Shown here: piece by piece, positions 57,003-64,000 of the stretch
Layout of the letters: each line of letters starts with the position of its first letter
Numbering within the stretch: the stretch's first letter is position 1
Made by a program: the position numbers and the translations under genes
The notes under the pieces: model-generated
What the model was told of the DNA's origin: nothing
Seen by the model: only the letters and a program-made list of their open reading frames with translations
Database searches by the model: none
NCBI GenBank assembly: GCA_963816185.1
Contig: CAWFJJ010000008.1
Span: 343,010-407,009, forward strand
Length of the DNA: 64,000 nt
Origin: Thermoanaerobaculia bacterium
Lineage (GTDB): Bacteria > Acidobacteriota > Thermoanaerobaculia > UBA5066
Direction of reading: 5' to 3'

Positions 57003-59501
57003 GCGCGGGCGAGGATCGGACGCCGGGCCGGCGGGACAAGCCGCCACCTTCGCGAGAAGCGCGTTGCGATCGGGAACGTCCTCGCCGGGGAGCTTCCCGC
57101 CTTTGGAGAGGCGGTTCCAGACCTCGGCGCTCTTCCGCCAGAAGTCGCACGGGACCGGTTGCATGGGACTCCCGCCGGCCTGCTTTCGGGACGCCTGGCC
57201 CGCGTCTCCGGCCGCCGCATAGATCTCCGCCAGCGAGGTCCAGCAGAAACCGCAGTCCGGGTCCGCTTCGACGACCTGCTCCATCACGGCGACCGCGTTG
57301 CGTTGGCTCTCGAGGGCGCGAAGGAAATCGCCGGAGCGCCGCTCGACGTCGCCCACCGTCGAGCGGTAGTTCGCGCGCGCGATCTGCAGGTACGTGCTCT
57401 TCGGGTCTCCGTCGGCGAGCTCTTCGACGATCCGCGCCGCTTCCCGGACCTTCTCGAGCGCTTCGGGGATCTCGTCGACATCCGCGAGGAATTCGCCGAC
57501 GTCGTGGAGGCTGGTCGCGAGCTCGAAGCGTATGCGGGCATTCGAGGAATCGTCCTTGAGGAGCTGGCGTCGCCACTCGAGCGCCGCCCTTCCGGTCTCG
57601 AGCGCCTCCCGCGCCTTCGCCAGCCGCGAGAGCATCGCGGCCTGGTCGTAGAGGGCCTTGCCGATTCCGGCGCGCGCCGCCTCGTCCCTGGGGTTCGCCA
57701 CGAGAGCTTCGCGAAAGACTGCTTCGGATTTTCGATACGCCGCGAGGGCGGAGCGGAAATCGCCCGTTCGCGACAACGCGTAACCGAGGAGATGCTGGGC
57801 GGCGGCGAGCCCGGCCCTTCCTTCTCCGACGGGCGCGCCGGAATCGAGACTCTCGCGAATCTCCACGGCGAGACGGGCATGTCGAAGAGCGTCGGCCGTT
57901 TCGTTCGAGCGAGACAGGAAGCTTGCAAGACGCATCTCGGCACGCGCGAGATCGTCGCGATCGAGGGCTGTCGAATCGGCCGACGCGAGGATTCGTTCGC
58001 GAAGGGCGAGAGCCTTGAGGTACGCGTCGCGTGCGCCTGCGGTGTCGCCCAGGCTCGACCACACGCCGCTTCCGAGAACGTCCCCCAGCTTCTCGTACGC
58101 TTCCGCCATCTCGCGCCGGAGCGGAAAGGACGCGCCGGCCTCCTTCTCGAGGTGCGAGAGCTGCTCGAGAGCCCGCCGGATGAGCAGCGCGCGCGCCTGC
58201 GTCGTCCCGGGCAGGTTCTGAATGGCGTCGTACTGCTCGAACAGAAACGACTTCACGAGGGCCCGGACGTCCGCGTACCGGCGTTCGGCGCGCTCCCGCT
58301 CGAGGCGCGCGGCGTGGGCCTGGACGACGGCGATCACGGTGAGAACGGCGAGGAGCGACATCGAGCCGGCCGTGATGGCGACGGCGATCCGGTGGCGGCC
58401 CGCGAACTTGCGTACGCGGTAGAGGAGCGTGTCCTTTCGCGCCGTGACGGGCAGGCCTTCGAGCACGCGGCGCAAGTCGCCCGAGAGCTGCTCGACCGTC
58501 GCGTACCGCCGCTCGGGCTCTTTTCGGAGCGCCATGGCGACGACACTCTCGAGATCGTCGGAGATCCCGCCTCCGAGACGGGCAGGCCCCTCTTCACAGA
58601 CCGTGCGCACGATCATCTCGGCCGAGCGGCCCTTGAAAGCGAAGGGCAGCCGGCCCGCGAGAAGCTCGTAAAGCACGACCCCGAGCGAGTAGATATCGCT
58701 CGCGGTCGTGATCGTGTCACCTCGCACCTGCTCGGGGCTCGCGTACTCGGGAGTCATGAGGCGCCCGAGCGCGCCCGTGGCCCCGGGCGTCAGCTCGGAT
58801 ACGGCCGGATCGAGCACTTTCGCGAGGCCGAAATCGAGCAGCTTCGGCTCGCCTTCCGCCGTCACGAGGATGTTGCCGGGCTTCAGGTCCCGGTGGACGA
58901 CGAGGTGCCGGTGGGCGTAGGCGACCGCCGCGCAGATCTTCCGGAAGAGGGCCACCTTCTCGTCGATCGAAAGCGCCAGGCGGCGGGCGTAGTCGAGAAG
59001 GTGCTCGCCCCGGACGTATTCCATGACGAAGAACGGGCGGCCGTCGGGCGTCGTTCCGCCGTCGAGAAGGCGCGCGATGTTCGGATGCTCGAGACCGGCG
59101 AGAATCTGGCGCTCGTTCCGGAAGCGCTTCCCGATCGCGGCGCCTGAGAACCCTGAAGAGATCACCTTGAGGGCCGCGTCCTGCTGAAACGCTCCGTCGG
59201 CGCGGACCGCGAGAAACACGCGACCCATGCCGCCCTGGGCGATCTCACGTTCGACGCGCCAGGCGCCCAGGACCGCACCCGGAGGAAGCGTGTCTTCGTC
59301 TTCCGAGGCATGGAGCAGGGGCCCCTCGAGGAACCCTCCCGCCGCATCGGCCGAGGCCACGAGACGCCCGACCTCCTCGCGCAGCGCAATGTCGCGGGAT
59401 CCGAGATCAGTCAGGAAGGCGTCCCGTTCCGCGCCTTCCCGCTCGAGGGCCTCCTCGAGCAGCCTGCGCACCTCGCTCCAGCGGCCCGGATCGAGACTCA
59501 C
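57000..59501 (-). CDS. Membrane Ser/Thr kinase with TPR-like sensor region, ECF-associated
   Basis: GGMGRVF, ERQILAGLEHPNIARLLDGG, HRDLKPGN, DFG, TPEYASPEQ; TM helix; TPR-like repeats. Confidence 0.92.
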   Translation of the reverse strand: MSLDPGRWSEVRRLLEEALEREGAERDAFLTDLGSRDIALREEVGRLVASADAAGGFLEGPLLHASEDEDTLPPGAVLGAWRVEREIAQGGMGRVFLAVRADGAFQQDAALKVISSGFSGAAIGKRFRNERQILAGLEHPNIARLLDGGTTPDGRPFFVMEYVRGEHLLDYARRLALSIDEKVALFRKICAAVAYAHRHLVVHRDLKPGNILVTAEGEPKLLDFGLAKVLDPAVSELTPGATGALGRLMTPEYASPEQVRGDTITTASDIYSLGVVLYELLAGRLPFAFKGRSAEMIVRTVCEEGPARLGGGISDDLESVVAMALRKEPERRYATVEQLSGDLRRVLEGLPVTARKDTLLYRVRKFAGRHRIAVAITAGSMSLLAVLTVIAVVQAHAARLERERAERRYADVRALVKSFLFEQYDAIQNLPGTTQARALLIRRALEQLSHLEKEAGASFPLRREMAEAYEKLGDVLGSGVWSSLGDTAGARDAYLKALALRERILASADSTALDRDDLARAEMRLASFLSRSNETADALRHARLAVEIRESLDSGAPVGEGRAGLAAAQHLLGYALSRTGDFRSALAAYRKSEAVFREALVANPRDEAARAGIGKALYDQAAMLSRLAKAREALETGRAALEWRRQLLKDDSSNARIRFELATSLHDVGEFLADVDEIPEALEKVREAARIVEELADGDPKSTYLQIARANYRSTVGDVERRSGDFLRALESQRNAVAVMEQVVEADPDCGFCWTSLAEIYAAAGDAGQASRKQAGGSPMQPVPCDFWRKSAEVWNRLSKGGKLPGEDVPDRNALLAKVAACPAGPASDPRPR

Positions 59502-60067
59502 GTCTGCGCCCCGCTCAGCTCTGCGAAGAGAAAGGCTCGCGCCGACGCCCAGGCGCGTTTGACCGTGGCGGGCGAGGAGCCGAGCACGTCGGCCGTCTCC
59601 TCGATCGTGAGGCCTCCGAAGTACCGGAGCTCGACGAGCCGGGCCTGCACGGGGTCGAGAACGGCGAGCTTCTCGAGTGCGGCGTCGAGAGCGACGAGGT
59701 CCGCGCTCATTTCGCCGCCCGGCGCAGGGAGGTTGGTCAACGTCACGCGCTCCGCCGCGCCGCCCCGCTTGGCCGCAGACCGTCTTCGGGCGTGATCCAC
59801 GAGGATCTGGCGCATGGCGCGCGCGGCCACGGCGAAGAAATGTGTGCGGTCACTCCAGGGAATGTCGGCGTCGCCCACGAGCTTGAGGTACGTTTCGTGG
59901 ACGAGCCCTGTCGGCACGAGCGTGTGGTTCGCGCGCTCACGCCGGAGGTAGGCGTCGGCGCGGCGTCGGAGATCGCCGTAGACGAGCTCCATCAGCTCGC
60001 GAAACGCGGCTTCGTCGCCCGCTCGCCATTTCAGGAGCAGGCGCGTCACGGCTCCGATTTCCGGCAC
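59498..60067 (-). CDS. ECF sigma factor, TIGR02999/ECF43-like
   Basis: HTLVPTGLVHETYLKL, HFFAVAARAMRQILVDHAR, VELRYFGGLT; overlaps the kinase start. Confidence 0.9.
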   Translation of the reverse strand: MPEIGAVTRLLLKWRAGDEAAFRELMELVYGDLRRRADAYLRRERANHTLVPTGLVHETYLKLVGDADIPWSDRTHFFAVAARAMRQILVDHARRRSAAKRGGAAERVTLTNLPAPGGEMSADLVALDAALEKLAVLDPVQARLVELRYFGGLTIEETADVLGSSPATVKRAWASARAFLFAELSGAQT

Positions 60068-60092
60068 GTTGCGCGGATTCTAGCCGCGGCCG

Positions 60093-60119
60093 TGAGCCGG
60101 TTCCGCACGGAAATGCGCT
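60093..60119 (+). promoter_or_regulatory. Candidate ECF promoter, copy 2
   Basis: TGAGCCGGTTC-CGCACGGAAAT-GCGCT, 10 nt before ATG 60130. Confidence 0.65.
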
Positions 60120-60129
60120 CAGTGATCAG

Positions 60130-62220
60130 ATGAGGCGGCGTTTCGAATTCGGCGAATGGTGGAGGCCCGCGATGGCTCTCGCCCTCCTCTGCGCATTCGG
60201 GTCGCCCTCGGCACGGTCCGAAGAGCTCGCCGTGACTCTGGATACCCGAGGCCGGGAATGGGTCGGCCGCCGGGACCCGGTGGAGCTCGTGCTCTCGCGC
60301 GAGGTGACGGAAAAGGAAGGGCGGATCGCGGTCTTGATCGACGGGACGGATGTCTCCGACGTTCTCGAAAGCTCGCCGCGTGGCCGCCGATACCGGCCAC
60401 GCCTTGCGCCGCTTCCTTCGGGCGAGCTGGAAGTCGTCGTGACTCTCGTCTCGGGATCCGGGTGGAAGGAGATCGCGCGTTTGAAGCTGCACGTGCTCAC
60501 GGCCGGCGGCTTCGAGAAGGCGGAAATCGCGCCGAAAATCGACCTGACGCTCAAGGGCCAGCTCTCCGAGGGCCACACGCCCGATGCGGCCGCCCCGCCC
60601 CGGCGGACTTTTCAGGATCTGACCGGCCAGGCGAACCTCGACATCGAGCTCGAGCGTTCGCGGGCGACGCTGGGTCTCCAGATGGGCCTGCAGGGCGCGG
60701 AACGCGTCGAGGATGCCCTGCGCTTCGGCGAGCGGGGAACGGAGGCGGACCGCATCGACCTCGCGAGCTGGGGCACGAAGATCGGCATCCCGGGAGCCAC
60801 GCTCGAATGGGGCAACCTGACGGTCGGCGCCTCCCGGCATCTCATCAACGGATTCAGCAGCCGGGGGGGCCGGGCGGCGTTCTCGCTGGGCCCGGTCTCG
60901 CTCTCGTTCGCGGCCTTGAACGGGTCTTCGATCGTCGGGTGGGACAACTTCTTCGGCCTCGAGACGGCGCAACATCGCGTTTATGCCGGGACGCTCGGCC
61001 TCGAGCTCGTCCCCTCTGTGCCCGGCGCTCTTCGGATCGACACGACGCTTGTCGACGGGTCCCTTCTGCCGCGCTCGAACGTCAACCGCGGCTTCGTTTC
61101 GGACGCCGAGACGAGCCGTGGCGGCGGCGTGTCTCTCGCTTCGAGCCTTTTCGCAGGCCGCGTCCGGGTCGAAGGCGACTATTCGCGCAACCGCTTCGAG
61201 GCGCCGACGGACCCGCTGCTCGAGCAGGGCGTAAAAGTCGTTCCCCTCGCCGCCACGTGGCGAGCGGCCTACTTCGTCTCGGCGAACGTCGACGTCCTGA
61301 AGGGAGTGACCCTCGGCCCCTCGACGCCCGTGACCTTCACGCTCGCCTACCACCGGGAGCGGATCGACCCGCAGTACCGGAGCGTGGCCGCCACGCTGCA
61401 ATCGGATCAACAGCAGGACGTCGTCGAGGCGAACGCGGGCCTCGGAGCCGCCGCCCTCCAGCTCTCGTACTCGTGGCTCGAGGACAACCTCGCAGACGTC
61501 GCCTCGATCCTCAAGACGAAGACACGGCGAGCGGCGGGTCAGATCGCCTTGCCGCTCGGGGCGCTGGGTGGAAATTCGGCGCCGGCCTGGTGGCTGCCGC
61601 AGGTGAGCTGGAGCGTGAACGAGACTCACCAGTTCGCGGGGAACGCTCCGCTGGGAGGAGGCTTCTCGCCCACGCAACTTCCCGACCAGGTCAGCCTCGG
61701 CCAGACGGCTGCGGTGGATTGGAATGCCGGTCCGGCCCGGTTCGGCTGGCACCTCAATTACTCGGACCAGGACAACCGCCAGGTCGGGCGCGAGACGGCG
61801 GACTTCCTCACGAACGCGAACGTCGCCTCTCTCAATCTGACCCCCTCCCCGAAAATCGACCTGGGTCTCGAGTTCGAATGGGATCGGGCGGCCGCGAAGG
61901 AGACGGGCGGCGTCGACCGCACAAAGCGTTATCAACTGACGTTCGGACTTCGGCCCGTCGCGCCGCTGTCGCTCACGACGAACGCCTCGCGAACGGACGG
62001 CGGAAACGACGCCGACACATCGTCCTCGCGAATCTGGACCGTGGACGCGCAGACCGCGTGGCGGTTCGAACCGCCCCGGCGGGGGAAACACGGGGTCACC
62101 GGACAGATCCTGCTGCGATACGCGTTTCAGCAGACGCGCGCGCGCGATGTCCTCCTCGGCGTCGCGAGCTTTCGAAAGACGTGGGTGGTCTCCTCGGGGA
62201 TCAGCCTGAGCGCCTTCTAG
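60130..62220 (+). CDS. Large putative outer-membrane beta-barrel protein of unknown family
   Basis: Signal peptide; small N-terminal beta domain; long run of amphipathic strands; ends GISLSAF. Confidence 0.72.
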   Translation: MRRRFEFGEWWRPAMALALLCAFGSPSARSEELAVTLDTRGREWVGRRDPVELVLSREVTEKEGRIAVLIDGTDVSDVLESSPRGRRYRPRLAPLPSGELEVVVTLVSGSGWKEIARLKLHVLTAGGFEKAEIAPKIDLTLKGQLSEGHTPDAAAPPRRTFQDLTGQANLDIELERSRATLGLQMGLQGAERVEDALRFGERGTEADRIDLASWGTKIGIPGATLEWGNLTVGASRHLINGFSSRGGRAAFSLGPVSLSFAALNGSSIVGWDNFFGLETAQHRVYAGTLGLELVPSVPGALRIDTTLVDGSLLPRSNVNRGFVSDAETSRGGGVSLASSLFAGRVRVEGDYSRNRFEAPTDPLLEQGVKVVPLAATWRAAYFVSANVDVLKGVTLGPSTPVTFTLAYHRERIDPQYRSVAATLQSDQQQDVVEANAGLGAAALQLSYSWLEDNLADVASILKTKTRRAAGQIALPLGALGGNSAPAWWLPQVSWSVNETHQFAGNAPLGGGFSPTQLPDQVSLGQTAAVDWNAGPARFGWHLNYSDQDNRQVGRETADFLTNANVASLNLTPSPKIDLGLEFEWDRAAAKETGGVDRTKRYQLTFGLRPVAPLSLTTNASRTDGGNDADTSSSRIWTVDAQTAWRFEPPRRGKHGVTGQILLRYAFQQTRARDVLLGVASFRKTWVVSSGISLSAF

Positions 62221-62232
62221 GACCAGAACAAG

Positions 62233-63504
62233 ATGCGACATCGACCCCTGCTCCTTCTTTCGATCCTGCCTCTGGCGGCGGCTCCCGTGCGGGCCGCGAT
62301 TCAGCGGAGCCCCACGGGCGTGAACGTGAGCAGTCAGGGCGCAACGACCGTCTTCATCACGTTCGCGGGCCTCGTGAACCAGACACCGGTCGAAGCGACG
62401 TGGTGCGGCGAGGTCATCCCGGCGGCGCCCGACCTCGGTTTTCGGTGCGACCCGAACACGATCTACGGTCGGCTTCCCCTGCGTTACGACCAGTCCCGGC
62501 TCGCGGGCGGTCTCTACACCGACATCATGACGATCCCCGCGAACGTGGCGCGGCGCGCCTATCAGGCCGCCGAGCGGGGGGCGCTCTCGCCGTTCTTCTA
62601 CGTGCGCCGGTTCGTCTCCGGCTCTGGCGGTCCGGACGAGTACGTCTTCGTCACGTGCCGTCCGTCGGCCGGCGGTGCGGGAACGCCGCTCTCGCTCACG
62701 GACGTCGCGCTGTCGTTCGACATCGACCGCCCGGTTCTCTCGGTCCAGCGCGGGGAGATTCCGCCGAAGGTCAAGGCCGACATCCGCTACACGGGCACGG
62801 GCCGCCTCAAAGGCAGGTGGGAAGTCGTCTTCCCGCAGGATGAGCCGCCTTCGGATCGCGACCTTCTGACGGAGGCGACGCTGCCGCCGGCCGAACGTCC
62901 GCTCCAGCGTCGCTACACCGAGCTCGATCGCTTCGACGTGTTTCTCCCGCCGACGGGCAGAGTCACGCTGCCGGGCCCGGACCCGAAGAGGATTCCCACG
63001 GCGTCCGAAGGACTCCATCAGATCCTGCTCCGCATCGAGGCGTCCGACGACAAGGAAGGGGACTCGAGCCTCGTGGCGCTCGACGCCGGCGCCGCCGTGA
63101 TCCACTCGGGTGGAGTGGCCGGATTCCCCCTCCCGACTCTCCGCTACTTCGTGGGAACCGCCCCCGCCCAGCTTCTCCCCGGGGCCACGGGCGGGCTGAT
63201 CCTTCTCGCGCCCGCTCATCGGTCGTTGCTCAAGGCCGGCGACCCTGTGATCTTCCGCTTCACCCGGGTCGGATCGGCTGCCGGCTACCGCCTCGTCGTC
63301 CGGCGCGCGGACGGAGCCGTTCTCGTCGAGGCCTTCCTCGGTTCCGGCACAGACACCTATACGGCGCCGCCCTTTCTCGCGGAACGTGCCAAGGATGCGG
63401 TCCTCCGCTGGACGGTGGAGGCCCTCGGAACGGACGGCCAGACGCTGGCCTCGAGCGGAGCGGCCGAGCTGCGCTTCATCACGCCCCCGAAGGAAACGCC
63501 GTGA
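62233..63504 (+). CDS. Exported multi-domain beta-rich hypothetical protein
   Basis: Signal peptide; co-oriented 12 nt after the barrel gene; strong coding bias. Confidence 0.75.
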   Translation: MRHRPLLLLSILPLAAAPVRAAIQRSPTGVNVSSQGATTVFITFAGLVNQTPVEATWCGEVIPAAPDLGFRCDPNTIYGRLPLRYDQSRLAGGLYTDIMTIPANVARRAYQAAERGALSPFFYVRRFVSGSGGPDEYVFVTCRPSAGGAGTPLSLTDVALSFDIDRPVLSVQRGEIPPKVKADIRYTGTGRLKGRWEVVFPQDEPPSDRDLLTEATLPPAERPLQRRYTELDRFDVFLPPTGRVTLPGPDPKRIPTASEGLHQILLRIEASDDKEGDSSLVALDAGAAVIHSGGVAGFPLPTLRYFVGTAPAQLLPGATGGLILLAPAHRSLLKAGDPVIFRFTRVGSAAGYRLVVRRADGAVLVEAFLGSGTDTYTAPPFLAERAKDAVLRWTVEALGTDGQTLASSGAAELRFITPPKETP

Positions 63505-63941
63505 AACGTGCCCTCGCAACCGCCGTCCGTCTGATCTTGTTTCTCGTCCTCGCAGCGCCCGTGACGGGCTCGGTGCAATCCTTCGGGGCGGCCTCGCTGT
63601 GCGGAGGGCGCCGTTTCGAGCCCGGCCAGACGCTCCCGCTCGTGCGCGGGACGTCGCTCGAGCTCGTCGTCACCGGTTTTGGCGTGGACAACGCGGACCG
63701 GATCGAGGCGATCGCGCTTCCGGGCGTCAAGGTCCGCCTCGCCGGTCGGCGCGCCTTTCCGGTGCCGCAGCTGACGCTCGCGCTGAAGATCGATGCGAAC
63801 GCGGCCGTGGGCAAGGGCGAGCTCCGGCTCAGGTATCCCGTTGAGGTCGCGGGCTACGACCGCATTCTCGCCGAGGTGCTCGCGCCTGCCGCCGCGCCCT
63901 GTTCGACGCCAGGCCCGTCGCGTACGCCGCCTCGCCGATGA
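63501..63941 (+). CDS. Exported Ig-like domain protein, paralog of the N-domain of 55390-56394
   Basis: AAGGA RBS, GTGA overlap; LC...LPLVRGTSLELVVTGFGVD...AAVGKGEL. Confidence 0.7.
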   Translation: MKRALATAVRLILFLVLAAPVTGSVQSFGAASLCGGRRFEPGQTLPLVRGTSLELVVTGFGVDNADRIEAIALPGVKVRLAGRRAFPVPQLTLALKIDANAAVGKGELRLRYPVEVAGYDRILAEVLAPAAAPCSTPGPSRTPPRR

Positions 63942-64000
63942 AGGGCGGGCCGCGATTCCCTGCTCTTCCGCCGGGCAGTTTCGCGTCTCGGTAGCGCCGT

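Noticed and set aside
60046-63519. Very long antisense ORFs (e.g. 60046-63519, 38985-42122, 48128-50923, 19423-21564)
   Set aside because: Arg/Gly-rich shadow frames typical of high-GC coding DNA, opposite well-supported genes
1-64000. CRISPR array, rRNA, integrase, transposase or prophage genes
   Set aside because: No regularly spaced repeats or recognisable motifs found by eye

Overview
High-GC bacterial chromosomal window, probably from a diderm such as an Acidobacteriota (inferred from gene content only). Left to right it holds: an archaic Csu/spore-coat-U chaperone-usher pilus operon behind a sigma54-type promoter, with a frameshifted chaperone; two NtrC-type sigma54 activators, a PAS kinase and a LuxR protein; a DUF1800/DUF1501 pair; a fatty-acid desaturase; a flavoprotein disulfide reductase; a frameshifted glycoamylase-family gene; a penicillin-acylase-family gene with OmpW; a BNR-propeller/MoaD-like pair; sodC; a small decayed insertion at the 3' end of tRNA-Ala(CGC); a selenocysteine-containing SelD whose 5' end the ORF track misses; a Ser/Thr kinase; gcvT-H-PA-PB; a DAK2-DegV fusion next to FadL and an SGNH lipase; an OmpA-family gene; efp with an Asn-tipped loop; an M23 peptidase; a GAF kinase and an HD-GYP protein; and a UvrD helicase. 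The best candidate for an undescribed system is 55.4-63.9 kb. There an ECF sigma / Ser-Thr kinase pair is flanked by two operons of unannotated exported proteins, including a large putative outer-membrane barrel. Both operons carry the same promoter-like motif (TGAGCCGGTTC-N11-GCGCT) and share a paralogous Ig-like domain. All family calls come from motif recognition by eye; no database searches were run.
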